63,233 bases of DNA, filler included, from Octopus bimaculoides (GCF_001194135.2; 5 parts of 4 records of this genome joined end to end with filler, not necessarily neighbours in it), one strand, 5' to 3'; numbered from the whole stretch's first letter, positions 25,629 through 39,300 are shown. The notes: generated by a model not told the origin, from the sequence alone. A program made the numbers and translations.

Positions 25629-25824
25629 TACGAGTAGGTGTTGAAAAGTTCCTGGCTTTGGGTAAAAGAAAATACAGGAGGGTCAGTTACTTAGGATTTT
25701 ATTCAAGATATTCCCTTTACAGCTTCATACACTTATTGCAGTGGTCCTTCAGTTTTCCTAATCTCTATAAAAGAACTCAACCTGTCCTTTCGCTTAAAGC
25801 CAGGAACTTTTCAGCACCTTCTAG
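25629..25824. mobile_element. Mariner-derived MITE
   Basis: TIRs TA|CGAGTAGGTGTTGAAAAGTTCCTGGCTTT (25631-25659) and AAAGCCAGGAACTTTTCAGCACC (from 25796). Confidence 0.8.
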
Positions 25825-26347
25825 AATGTTTTTAACCACCTGTCATCCTTAAGATTCCGGTCGGTTCACAGCTTGCATTATGTAAGAATTATTTCAGTAT
25901 ACAATGTTTTACATTTACATGTCTGCATTAATAGACATGCTACACATTACTCAGTACGTTGCAAATTCGCAAAACAATGCAGATAAAGATCGCGAGCTTA
26001 CCAGATCACCAGAATATTATGACTATGACAATACTCCAACTATTGTGTTGTATACTATAATGCGAGCGTGCATATTAGAAGAGACATATACAATAAAGAA
26101 AGTGAGAAACCGCTGTAACCGGAAGGAAAACAAGTGGTTGAATACAAACATTCAGGTGTCTAACTTCTTGATATTCATTGTTTATGTACGCCTCATGAAA
26201 TAACCTCATCGATCGGATCTCATGGATTTCAACTGCATGGAACTGTGTATTGAAATCATGTCTTTTGAATCACTATGTGATCTGATAACCGAGTGCCCTA
26301 GAAGAACTTCTCGTGATAGTCACATGACCCTATGAGTCCATATATTA

Positions 26348-26389
<42 letters not shown>

Positions 26390-26455
26390 NNNNNNNNNNN
26401 NNNNNNNNNNNNNNNNNNNNNNNNNNNNNNNNNNNNNNNNNNNNNNNNNNNNNNN

Positions 26456-26502
<47 letters not shown>

Positions 26503-27536
26503 TATACATACATATATATATATACATATATATATATGCATATTTGTATTATATAAGGATGTTAACAGTGAGTTCGATTATTCGGCCAGTTCAGCCATCG
26601 CTAGACTGCGTTGCAATCAGAGTTAGTCTTGCCTTCATATGGTCTCTGTTAAGTTAAACTCACCCGTGGCTGTGTGGGTTTCAGTTACTTGGTTAGTAAG
26701 TTTTTATGGCCGATTCTTGTACAAAGATGTTTTTGAAAAATTTTGATTGATTAAATTTTGGGTTGTTATTGCTTTGAATTTATTGATGGACGTAGAACTT
26801 TGTAAACAAGCATGTAGAGTTTTTCATTTGTTAAGAAGACACACGGTGTTTTAATGTTTTTATTATTTTTGCTATTATTGTATGTAATCTTTTTGCTTTG
26901 ACAGTGTAAAGGTCAAAGCTACACAATACAGTTGGGACTTTTAGGCAAGCATATCATGACTTTGTTACTATACAAAATTGTTTCTCTTGTGATTCGATGT
27001 TCACAAAAGGTTGTGTATTTATATTTTTCTATCTAGCTGTTCATTGTTATATAAGCAATTTGATTAGTATATAGGGTTTTAAAACCTTCAGTTTGTGAAG
27101 AAAATGTTTGTTGGTTGCTTATAAAAAATTTCAAATTCTTTTCTACGTATATCTTAATGTGGGACTGATATACAAAGTGGCTATATATTCATTATAAAGG
27201 TGAAAACAAAATATAAGTTAATTAAAAAAGTCAATACATTTACTTAACCGATTGACATCCTTAGAATTATACCATTCCACATGCCTCTAGCTCAACAGAT
27301 GACCAAAACAATAAATGTGGTTATATCAACGATTCTACTTTAGAGCTTCTTTATTTGCACTGAGTTATCAGTATATAATTGTATTTAGGCCGTGCATGCA
27401 TTTTAATACAAACATATGAACATAATGTCTATCACATTGAAATTATTACTACATGGAGAAGGCTGCGAAACGATCGCAAACAAAATTATGCCAAATGCTT
27501 AAAGAAATATACTCTCTGACGTTTTGCTCTTTATGT

Positions 27537-27860
27537 TGCTGTTGGCACTCCGTCGCTTACGAGGTCGAGGGATCCAGTTGATCCGATCAACGGAACAGCG
27601 TGCTCGTGAAATTAACGTGCAAGTGGCTGAGCACTCCCCAGACACGTGTACCCTTAACGTAGTTCTCGGAGATATTCAGCGTGAGACAAAGTGTGACAAG
27701 GCTGCCCCCTTTGAATTACAGGCACAACAGAAACAGGAAGTAAGAGTGAGAGAAAGTTGTGGTGAAAGAGTACAGCAGGGTTCGCCACCATCCCCTGCCG
27801 GAGCCTCGTGGAGCTTTAGGTGTTTTCGCTCAAAAAACACTCACAACGCTCGATCTGGGA
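27537..27860 (-). mobile_element. SINE family E ((CAA)n-type tail) with 11-bp TSD
   Basis: Reverse-complement match to 36082-36396. TSD gctctttatgt at 27526-27536 and 27861-27871. Confidence 0.9.
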
Positions 27861-28019
27861 GCTCTTTATGTAACACTCATGATATAATTTCACCAATCGG
27901 ATTTTCGAAATTTCAGCTGCATGGGCACTCTAGATTACAATACATGCTTACACAGCTAGTCTGCGTTTGCATTTTTTAAAGTCATTCAGCCCCACTTGTT
28001 AACATTACAATGTTCCTCC

Positions 28020-28800
28020 ATGTACCGTTGTCTTCATCGCGCTCATCAACACACTGTTGTGTAGCCCAGTGTCTTTCTCAGTAACTATCTTGAGGGTCAT
28101 ATTTGGGCGGCCACGTCAATGAGTAAACATCGGTAAAACATAACAGAATTTTCGCAGCCCTTTCATTGTGCCTAATTACATTACCAGCCAGGGTTAGACG
28201 ACACCTTCTTATGATAGTTGAAATCTTCGGACGACGCTCATATATGATACTGCTAATTGTGTGCGAGTGCCACGAGATGGGTGTAGTCACTATCTAAATT
28301 CTTTCTCGAAACAGATGTCAGGATCAGTGACATCTGAACCATAAAAAAGGATTGATTCTACAGTGGCTTTTTAAACCTGATTTTGGTGAGTCAAGTGATT
28401 GGTGCAGTCAAGACTTTGCGGAGGTGGTAGATATACCTCCAGGCTTCACTGATTCGAGTAGAAACATCAAAAGAAGTACTGACATAAGTACCCAAGTAAT
28501 TGAACACCTTAACTATTTCAAGTTTGGTTCCATGAAATGAACATGACTGAGTGACGGATGGTTTTAAGTATATATACTCCTTTTTCTATGCATTGAAGAA
28601 CAATCGAAGTTCCTGAGTAGCTCCCTCAATATGGAGGATTATATTCTGGGCTGTTGATACGATATTTTGACCAAAAGAACCGGCTACTGCAATAAAAAGA
28701 AATATTGAAAAACAGAACACGCATTCGACCAAATTTGGACGTACGACATCAACAATAGCAATGATATATATATATATATAAAGGTTATGAAGGGTAATGG
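28020..28800 (-). mobile_element. Decayed RTE-type LINE RT/C-terminal fragment
   Basis: FGQNIVSTAQNIILHIEGATQELRLFFNA*KKEYI...LEIVKVFNYLGTYVSTSFDVSTRISEAW...KATVESILFYGS...PKISTIIRRCRLTLAGNVIRHNERAAKILL. Confidence 0.8.
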
Positions 28801-31338
28801 AGTCAACCAGACCCGAATATTACAGGTAATACCGAGTCATTCTTTTCATATATATATGTATGTATGTATAAAGCGAGAGAGAGAGAGAAGAGAGAGAGGA
28901 CTTCAGAGGACAAACTGCAGCTGCCGTGAGTTGAGCATGTTTTGTTGAATTGTTTAATGAATACGAAGCATTAATTTTCCTTTCAGCACTAGGCTTAATG
29001 ACCATATGCATCAATACAATGCAGATTTTATATTTTACCTCTTTTTTAGTAATTGAGTAATCTGCCTTGCTTGCGTTCAGATTTCTTTCTTTTTTTTTTC
29101 GTATACATTAAGGTGGTCACTTTTCATTGATTGTATCAATAATCTTATATACCAAACCTTTCCTACCCATTATATTAAATATGGGGCTTACCTTATTTGT
29201 AATTAGTGTACTGAATGCACGCATAAGGTATATTTGCTCAGTGACACTCTTGGAATGATTAAGGATACATTTAAAACGTTGATTTAACTTATTCGGGGCA
29301 CCACAGATAATTCACAATTGAAAGTAAGGATAGTTACTGTTGCAAGAAAACCGTCTATGAAGCTGGTTGGGAAGAAATTTCTCGCTAGAATGCATCTTAG
29401 AACATAAGCACAATTTATGTAGTTATTTAAAGTAGTCAGTTCTGTGGTAAGTTCAACTAAACGTATATTATCTGAAGGGAATTTAACCCTTTGACTGTCT
29501 AAACCATTTTCATAAGTTTTTACCAAAATTTCCATGCTTGGTTTTTAGATATTTATGTCCTGCAGATCACGTTTGATACACAAGACAGGCAAAGGGTTAT
29601 CTTTGGTTCAATATCAAAATGAATAGTAACAGTTGTAAAAGGAGCAGTATCAACCGAAATCGCTGAGAGTCTGACCGCTAACCTTCGTTGACTGTTATCA
29701 TTTTCCCTCCGTTTTCGTTTTAGGTGAGATCACGCATAATTTTTATAGGTTGCCAACATAAATCGATAGAATAATTCCTAATAATCTCCCGATGACATTT
29801 TGATATATAATACGATGCCTTTCCTATAAAATATATTGTTTACTTTACTCATAAGAAATCGATATAATGCTAAATAAATGAAAAGAAAATACAACCGTGT
29901 TTGCAACGGGATAAGAATGAAAACAGAAAAAAATTACATACTGAAATCATAGAGCAATGGTTAATTTAATGACAATTGCTATATAGAAACGAAAGCTGCA
30001 TTATGTGAATGATTTATGTTGTTAGTTTGCTGCTTTGTGTGCAAGCGTTGATGAGTAGAGATAATCTCCATCAAGCCCAACCTACTGCTTGGTTACAACT
30101 TCCCGTTGTTAATGATTGATTGAAGATATTACTTGCTGCTGGACTGGTTCTGATGTAGTTTAGCGTTTATAATTCAATGGTAAATGAACTAGTGCAGGTT
30201 AATTCTCATTAATCTGCTGACAAAACCATTCAGTCATTAAGCCTAAATAAATACAAAAGTTCACTTTCTTATTAATTCTTTGAAGTTGATTCCCCGCTTC
30301 AAAATTTATTCCTGGTTAGAGGGCAAATATTCTCCAGGCTAAAAATGTAACCGACTGTGTGTAATTTCCCTAGTGAAATAAAATTCTATTCATTATTACT
30401 AGCTAACATATACTCGTCAGTTTCTTGATAATAACACAGCTTATCGTGTCTGTATTCAGTTCATACTCCACAGAATATATTGATGAATTCAGCTATTATA
30501 CAGGTGTGATTTCACCAGTAACAGAAACTAAATCGGAAGATTCCCTGGTATCTTATACATGCACCGAATTGAGCGTACAATTTTAGTATTCAAATAAAAT
30601 ATATAGTACGTGTGACTACAGACGGAAAAAGAATTATACAGTAATAAAATCTATATTGTTAAACTCTATATTGTTAGGCATCAAACAACAGATCGGGAGT
30701 TGAGGATTAGTTTAAAGAGAACATTTTACTTTTGACAGGACACTATCGAATGTAAAATAATTTGAAATCATGAACAGATAGTATTGGTTGTACCAAATTT
30801 TTGACTATGGCCCTCAGTGCCCACACTCTACTATCTGCACGCACACACACACACACACACACACNNNNNNNNNNNNNNNNNNNNNNNNNNNNNNNNNNNN
30901 NNNNNNNNNNNNNNNNNNNNNNNNNNNNNNNNNNNNNNNNNNNNNNNNNNNNNNNNNNNNNNNNNNNNNNNNNNNNNNNNNNNNNNNNNNNNNNNNNNNN
31001 NNNNNNNNNNNNNNNNNNNNNNNNNNNNNNNNNNNNNNNNNNNNNNNNNNNNNNNNNNNNNNNNNNNNNNNNNNNNNNNNNNNNNNNNNNNNNNNNNNNN
31101 NNNNNNNNNNNNNNNNNNNNNNNNNNNNNNNNNNNNNNNNNNNNNNNNNNNNNNNNNNNNNNNNNNNNNNNNNNNNNNNNNNNNNNNNNNNNNNNNNNNN
31201 NNNNNNNNNNNNNNNNNNNNNNNNNNNNNNNNNNNNNNNNNNNNNNNNNNNNNNNNNNNNNNNNNNNNNNNNNNNNNNNNNNNNNNNNNNNNNNNNNNNN
31301 NGTGAGGCAGAAACTCCTTGATATTTTGGGTATTTGAG

Positions 31339-31540
31339 TATATATAAAAATTTAAGGAATGGAGTAAACGCATGTTATAACTGCATACTTTATTCCGAGA
31401 TATGTTTCGAAGAATTACAATTTATGCGATCCATAGGAATCGTCGATGTTAAAAATGTAAACTTCTCCTCAGGGAATGTATGGGAACCATCTTAAACGTA
31501 AGACATTATGACCGAGTATGATAACTATAGTTGGAGAAGG
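31339..31540 (-). repeat. Pseudo-LTR of PLE #1 (same orientation as the ORF)
   Basis: Near-identical reverse complement of 35206-35400; contains an HHR. Confidence 0.85.
31384..31482 (-). ncRNA. Type I hammerhead ribozyme with one stem III substitution
   Basis: CATACATTCC CTGAGGA GAAG...CTTC GAAA CATATC T C GGAATAAAGTATG. Identical architecture to 35258-35356 except G16.2>C (plus-strand 31399). Confidence 0.75.
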
Positions 31541-31914
31541 TTATAACGTAATTCATTTGAAAAAACCGTTGGAGATTAGGACGCTACCAGATAGTACGTT
31601 GGACAAGAAGGGAAGAAAAAAGAAAAGAAAAAAGAAAAAAAGAGAAAGAAAATTCAAAGTGTAGAGTTGGGAGAAGATAGGTTGGTATAAATCCGATAAA
31701 AATTGGAGAGGAATGTTACGTAAAAAAAAGACTTTATAAATGGGTTTAATCTTGTGTTTCTACAAAAATATTGGGATGAGTGTATATAATCATTTATACT
31801 TATGTGTATGCTCATATATACACACAAACCAATCCACATTTACTCCCATAAATTCATGTATGTATATTTATATACATACCCACGTCAAAACTCACACTCA
31901 TATATACATACGAA

Positions 31915-31956
<42 letters not shown>

Positions 31957-33814
31957 NNNNNNNNNNNNNNNNNNNNNNNNNNNNNNNNNNNNNNNNNNNN
32001 NNNNNNNNNNNNNNNNNNNNNNNNNNNNNNNNNNNNNNNNNNNNNNNNNNNNNNNNNNNNNNNNNNNNNNNNNNNNNNNNNNNNNNNNNNNNNNNNNNNN
32101 NNNNNNNNNNNNNNNNNNNNNNNNNNNNNNNNNNNNNNNNNNNNNNNNNNNNNNNNNNNNNNNNNNNNNNNNNNNNNNNNNNNNNNNNNNNNNNNNNNNN
32201 NNNNNNNNNNNNNNNNNNNNNNNNNNNNNNNNNNNNNNNNNNNNNNNNNNNNNNNNNNNNNNNNNNNNNNNNNNNNNNNNNNNNNNNNNNNNNNNNNNNN
32301 NNNNNNNNNNNNNNNNNNNNNNNNNNNNNNNNNNNNNNNNNNNNNNNNNNNNNNNNNNNNNNNNNNNNNNNNNNNNNNNNNNNNNNNNNNNNNNNNNNNN
32401 NNNNNNNNNNNNNNNNNNNNNNNNNNNNNNNNNNNNNNNNNNNNNNNNNNNNNNNNNNNNNNNNNNNNNNNNNNNNNNNNNNNNNNNNNNNNNNNNNNNN
32501 NNNNNNNNNNNNNNNNNNNNNNNNNNNNNNNNNNNNNNNNNNNNNNNNNNNNNNNNNNNNNNNNNNNNNNNNNNNNNNNNNNNNNNNNNNNNNNNNNNNN
32601 NNNNNNNNNNNNNNNNNNNNNNNNNNNNNNNNNNNNNNNNNNNNNNNNNNNNNNNNNNNNNNNNNNNNNNNNNNNNNNNNNNNNNNNNNNNNNNNNNNNN
32701 NNNNNNNNNNNNNNNNNNNNNNNNNNNNNNNNNNNNNTATATACATACACATATATATATATATACATATACATACACATACCCATATACATATATATAC
32801 ACCTACATATATAAGAATACCTATACACAAATACGCACCCATACATATACACAAATACACTCATTTATGAATATATAAAGAAATTTATGCATAAATATAT
32901 ATGTGCACAAAAATATACATACAACCAATTAAGCATACGCATATGCATATTTATATATATATATATATTTTACAAATAATAGCAATAAAAGTAAAAATAA
33001 AAATAAAAATAAAAATACATATCTATACACACAAATCTATACAAACACATCTAGTTTCATACAAAAACATGGATATATATATACACACACAAACACACAC
33101 ACACACACACACTCCAACAGATACACGTGTATATATTAACACTTATACGCGTATACTCATACACACATATATATTTTGTATGTATTTGTTGTTACATGAA
33201 TTTATATATATTCATACGTAATTTAATATACTCCATAGAANNNNNNNNNNATTCATACGTAATTTAATATACTCCATAGAACGTATGAATAACTGTCGAT
33301 GTGTGGTAATTATTAATAAAGTAGAGGGATATTTAACTGAATGTGCTTCATATATAAGAGATGATAAATGAATGAAAATTAATAAATGAATTAAAGAATA
33401 ATAAAGTTATTGGGTTGTCTATTAATCTACATGAAATGATTACTTTATTATTATATGCTAGACAAGTTGGGCTGAACTAGGGGTTGAAAGAGTAAATCTT
33501 GCTTAAGAAGACAAAGTCAAACATATAAATAAGGTTTACTACATCAATTCCGTAAAATGTAAAAGTTTTATCGAGTATATTATGGGTGAATTTTACTATA
33601 CGTAAACCAAAAATAATGCGCTTGTTTATGTTCAAAGATTTTATATGTTCTAATTTAGGTTAATAAATAAAGAATGTTCAGATAAATTATGTCAATCGTA
33701 AACAATTTTAATCTCCTAACAAATGAGGGAGTTAATAACATGCTTTACTAGAACTATTTGATGAACTCATATATTACGGGTTAATTTGATAGCGTTTTAT
33801 AAAAACAGTGATTG

Positions 33815-35209
33815 TTATTTAAATGCTGAAAATACATGTTGTTGCCAATGTTTACATCTGTAACAATTTTCTATGAACGTGTTTACCAGTTTATTCTTTG
33901 AAAATAAAATAAAGTAGAGTTCGTTAATACATAAGGAGCAGAATTTTCCACCCTTTTCATATTGCCTAGAAATAGAAAGAATTAGCCAGTCTAGTTTAAA
34001 TTTTATGTTATTATCTTTAAGTTCCCAAATTAGTTTGCTAAAGCCCGTGGTATTACGTTTGTTTCTATCTCTAAATGTCGAGAAATCATTAGAAATTCTG
34101 GTGGATAATGGTGAAGATGAAGATCCAACATAAAAGAGAATATTTGTAGGAGTACTAACTTAGCATTGGTAGATAATGTTTTTGAGTTTCGCATAATCAC
34201 TTAAAAAACTAATTCTTTTGCTATTAACTTCAGAAATAATGATTTTGTTGTTGTGACTAATTCTATTATGTATCTTGTTATTATTATTGTTCCCTATATT
34301 ATTATTAGTGCTATTATTGTCATTTTGGTAAGGGTTAATAATGCCTGGCTCAATGTTATTACTGTTGGAACTCTCTAGTGGGTGTAAAAGCCTCATATTG
34401 TGTGCAGATATTATCTGTGAAATGCTCCTCATGTTAGAGAAACCGAATCTAACCCTGTGTGTATTTATGATTGGGGAGTAATGAGAATGTTTTGGAAAAT
34501 TCTTATTAATAGCGTTTTGGAACTGGGATACCAAGTTTGATTTTACACTTTTGCTAAAAGGCAGTATTATCCAGACATTTTTATTAGGTTCTGGTTTAGA
34601 ATATTTGCTAGTATTATTTATAACTAGTTTTAGTTTATTATTATCATTGAAACAGGGTTTAAGCTGACGGTTACTTCCCCTATTTCGTGAAAAAATGTTT
34701 AGCTGGTTATTATCGTTAAATAATTTATGATGGAAGTTGTAATTATATTTGTTGTTACTATTTAAATTAAAATCTATGTTATTATTACTCAAATAGGTTT
34801 CAAAAGTAGAATGTATATAATTAACTTTTTCTTTATAACCTGCTTTTAATAAAGCTGAATTGTAAAACTCAGCTTCCTTATTGAATATATTTTCGTTTGT
34901 AGATAGATTGGATAGTCTAAGTCATATGTTCTTAACTAAATTTCTCGTTACCGAATTTGGATGATTGCTGAACCTGATGATGTATTTTAGGTTAGTGGAG
35001 GGTTTGTGATAAGGGAAGAATGTTTTAGTGTGTAGATCTAGAGTGATATCCAAGAAGTTAGCTATAGAAGTTTCATCTTCAAATACTATACTAAGGCTCA
35101 TTCTACTAAAAACCCTAGCTAATCTATTTTTAACTTCTTGTATTTTTTGATTTGTGGTGTTCTCTAAATATAATAAACAATCGTCTTTGTATAGACCACC
35201 CTTCGCCAA
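33815..35209 (-). pseudogene. Penelope-like element #1: RT C-terminal half + Asn-rich linker + GIY-YIG endonuclease, 5'-truncated
   Basis: One reading frame with two internal stops (34922, 34160): GGLYKDDCLLY...ANFLDITLDL...YHKPSTNLKYIIRFSNHP...WIILPFSKSVK...NMRSISQIISAHN...NIIYQC*V...FYVG...STFRDRNKRNTTGFSKLIWELKD...FCSLCINE...CYRCKH. The motifs resemble the recalled Hydra-type C-terminal EN+ PLE clade. Confidence 0.92.
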
Positions 35210-35400
35210 CTATAGTTATCATACTCGGTCATAATGTCTTACGTTTAAGATGGTTCCCATACATTCCCTGAGGAGAAGTTTACATTTTTAACATCGACGA
35301 TTCCTATGGATCGCATAAATTGTAATTCTTCGAAACATATGTCGGAATAAAGTATGCAGTTATAACATGATTTTACTCCATTCCTTAAATTTTCATATAT
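35206..35400 (+). repeat. Inverted pseudo-LTR capping the 5'-truncated end of PLE #1
   Basis: Reverse complement of 31339-31540, joined directly to RT codons GGLYKDD and followed by (AT)n and a gap. Confidence 0.85.
35258..35356 (+). ncRNA. Type I hammerhead ribozyme with canonical core; predicted cleavage after C35343 (GUC)
   Basis: Stem I CATAC-ATTCC / GGAAT-AAA-GTATG; CTGAGGA 35268-35274; stem II GAAG/CTTC extended by TTACA/TGTAA; GAAA 35332-35335; palindromic stem III ACATATGT; C17. Confidence 0.88.
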
Positions 35401-36081
35401 ATATATATATATATANNNNNNNNNNNNNNNNNNNNNNNNNNNNNNNNNNNNNNNNNNNNNNNNNNNNNNNNNNNNNNNNNNNNNNNNNNNNNNNNNNNNN
35501 NNNNNNNNNNNNNNNNNNNNNNNNNNNNNNNNNNNNNNNNNNNNNNNNNNNNNNNNNNNNNNNNNNNNNNNNNNNNNNNNNNNNNNNNNNNNNNNNNNNN
35601 NNNNNNNNNNNNNNNNNNNNNNNNNNNNNNNNNNNNNNNNNNNNNNNNNNNNNNNNNNNNNNNNNNNNNNNNNNNNNNNNNNNNNNNNNNNNNNNNNNNN
35701 NNNNNNNNNNNNNNNNNNNNNNNNNNNNNNNNNNNNNNNNNNNNNNNNNNNNNNNNNNNNNNNNNNNNNNNNNNNNNNNNNNNNNNNNNNNNNNNNNNNN
35801 NNNNNNNNNNNNNNNNNNNNNNNNNNNNNNNNNNNNNNNNNNNNNNNNNNNNNNNNNNNNNNNNNNNNNNNNNNNNNNNNNNNNNNNNNNNNNNNNNNNN
35901 NNNNNNNNNNNNNNNNNNNNNNNNNNNNNNNNNNNNNNNNNNNNNNNNNNNNNNNNNNNNNNNNNNNNNNNNNNNNNNNNNNNNNNNNNNNNNNNNNNNN
36001 NNNNNNNNNNNNNNNNNNNNNNNNNNNNNNNNNNNNNNNNNNNNNNNNNNNNNNNNNNNNNNNNNNNNNNNNNNNNNNNNN

Positions 36082-36396
36082 GGCGTCGTGAGTGTTTATT
36101 GAGCAAAAACACCTGAAGCTCCACGAGGCTCCGGCAGGGGGTGGTGGCGAACCCTGCTGTACTCTTTCACCACAACTTTCTCTCGTTCTTTCTTCCTCTT
36201 TCTGTTGTTCCTGTATTTCAATGGGCCAGCCTTGTCACACCGTGTCACGCTGAATATCCCTGAGAACTACGTTAAGGGTACACGTGTCTGTGGAATGCGC
36301 AGCCACTTGCACGTTAATTCTACGAGCAGGCTGCTTCGTTGATTGGATCAACTGGAACCCACGACGTCGTAAGCGACGGAGTGCCAACAACAACAA
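36082..36396 (+). mobile_element. SINE family E, 5' end in gap
   Basis: Matches 27537-27860; ends gagtgccaacaacaac. Confidence 0.85.
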
Positions 36397-39300
36397 ATAT
36401 ATATATATACATATGTATATATGTATGTATGCATAAATGTATGAATCAATATTTGAATGTATGTATGAATACAGATATAGATTATTCATTAAAATAACAA
36501 AAATCACACGTCCGCATTTATATTAAAAACTCTATAATTGTATACGTAAGATAGAAAAATTTTTGAATTTCCTTTTTTAACATCAGTAGCTGTCTATTTT
36601 AAAGACACTGTATCTAATGTCATTGGATCTATAGGGGTTAATCCTGGCAAGTGAACGTTAAACATTAAATAGAATTAAAGATAATTTTGGGTGAGACAAA
36701 GTAGATGTGTAATTAAATAATAATAACAGCGAGTAGAATTGTAAACAAACTATGAAGAGCCATATGGAATATATAGACACCTCATTTTGTGTAGATATAA
36801 CATTAAAGGTATAATTATATTTAAGTCATAAGTAGATAAACGTAATTCAATAACAACACGAGCGACTGGAATTGTACAAAAGCCTCGTTGAACCAGAATT
36901 AAAAAAACGACATTGTCACCCTCGACAATGATCATCAGAACAGGAAGTAAACTGATTTTGCAAGTAAATTAAACAGATTGTTTGATAGAAATGGTTATAA
37001 GTGAATAAGTTAAAATATTGGGAGTGAATAGGACCAATCATAGTATATCTGGTGAATGGTACGTGACTTAAAATTACAAAACCTTGTTATTATTTTCCAT
37101 GGGAATTTAATAATATATCTTCTCGTATATTACATGAAAAGACAGTCAGTATGTAATAATTCTGAGGACTAACCACAATCAGTAATCAGAAAGTTTGCTC
37201 AATTAGAGGAGCAGTGAAATTGTAAGATAAGCACTTCAATGTATAAACTGAAATTATGGACTTTAAGACACCAGAAAACATGTTAGAAATAATGTATCAA
37301 ACAATTATTTAAAGACATACAGCGGTATGAAAGAATGATAGAAATATAGAAAACCATAAGAGATATTGAAAATGGTGTGTAGTTTATAATATGAATTCCT
37401 ATTTTGTTATGTAGCTAATGTAAATATGAAAATAAATAAAGAGGAAACATATTACTCTTTCTTAAATTAACTTGTCGTACTGATTTTAAAGTTGAACTAT
37501 TATGACTTAAGTTACAATGGTATTACGATTTATATTTGCGAACATAAAATAGTTCAGTGGGACGTAAAACAGCGTATGTTGTATACGAATGGATGTTTTC
37601 ATTGCTAATGTAAGGAAGTGTGGATCTTAACGAGTCATCGATGTATATCAATATGATATGTTAACAGAAGATTGTTTAGTTCAGAGTGGCGAATATCTGT
37701 CTCTGCATATTCTAAATGTAAGTGGGTGTTCATAAGTTTAATAAGTAACAGGACGTGTTCATTATAGTAGGTGAGTTCCCTTACTTAACAAATCAGCAAT
37801 GGCGAACTATGCTCGCGAAAATGGTGAAAAGAATGTACTTTTCTAATTAGGCACATTGCCGGAATTTAGGCCTTTAGTTCATCATTCACAACATATCACA
37901 CAAACTCATATATTTAAATACATATACGCGGTATATGTATCATGGAGGTCTCCCTATAATAAATAAAAATGTTAGATCATTATTAATTCTTGAATATAAA
38001 TATAAATAATTCCCAATTTATTATAAAAATATCCTAATATAAAAGAAAATATTGTAAACGGCTACAATTTATATGATAGTAAAATCTAAAATTCTGCTCA
38101 TATTCGAGATCAATGGATAGATTGTTCGTGACGCTATTAATATTCAAAGGCATAAGTCAACGGTGAATTCATTTTATTGTATTTATTTTGGCTAGTAATA
38201 GTTATCATGAAGAGAGACATGAGAACATGTGAACCCCATTGGAGTTCCATTGCATGTGAAAACGCTTCTAATGTTTGCGACATTCTTTGTTCCTTACGAC
38301 AGATTAATATGCAGATAATTACTGTATGTATGTGTGTGCGCGTGTGTTTGTGTGTGTGTGAGAGTGTGTGAGAGAGAGTGTGTGTCTATGAGAGTGTGTG
38401 TGTGTGTGTGATAGAGTGTGTGTGTATGAGAGTGTGTGTGTGTGTTTCTGTACATATATATATATATGTATGTGTGTGTGTGTGAGTGTGTGTGTATTTG
38501 GATGGAGTTAGTATTTTGCTACGCTGAGGGAGATTCGCTTGTGGCTTCTCAGGAAAATACCGACTAAAGAGATGTAATTTACTCATATATTTACAGATTC
38601 CAGTCGTACGCTAAGATGGTGGATGCGAAAAGCCATAAAGGAAAACAAATTACAATTATTAGAATTTTATAAATTGCGAATGATCGTGAAATAACTCTCC
38701 TTGGGAATAGACTACCTCGAAGCACATTGCATAAGGCCTTATAAATAATAACATAAATATTGGAGTGAAAAGTCCCGTTCGTAGTGTGAAGTGTATTTTG
38801 CTTTTATATAAATTCCTTCGATGATTAAGGTATATATCCATAAGCACACATGAGAAGACAATATACTATGTTATGGAATATTTATGTCAAATTTATGATA
38901 TAATCATATTTTACTGTGATTATTACATAAGGATTAATTAAACTCATCACATTATTTGAGACTTAAGCCTTCAGATGTATTGTATGTAGCGAAAAATTAT
39001 TGTATATTGGCAGAAATTATACTAGGTTAAATGAAGTAAATAGAATCAGATGGGTAAGAGAGAAGTAAACAAAATTATAGTACCAAGTTGAATCACTTTA
39101 AGGGGAGCGCGAGTTGAAAATTTACTTAGCTTAAATAGATTGAGGAATTACTTATAATAGTCATGAGAATAGACGCATATTGAACATACATCGATCGTAC
39201 AACCAACATAAAGAGAATTAAACAATATATAAATAGAACATAGAAAAAATGACAAATAAAGTAAATCCTACAAAGAGTAGAATAAAATTGAATATTTTGA

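Noticed and set aside
29284-29535. 83-aa minus-strand ORF with a hydrophobic stretch
   Set aside because: No recognisable family motif or splice support; its length is compatible with chance.
33209-33282. 31-bp direct repeat separated by 10 Ns
   Set aside because: Looks like overlapping contig ends left unmerged.
34922-34924. In-frame TGA in PLE #1 as possible selenocysteine (known in some Naiad PLEs)
   Set aside because: It aligns to Ser in PLE #2 (NISLRLS), a second stop is TAA, and no SECIS was identified; ordinary decay is more likely.
36905-36945. Minus-strand CTGATGA followed by a 7-bp hairpin
   Set aside because: No GAAA after the hairpin and no stem III or stem I.
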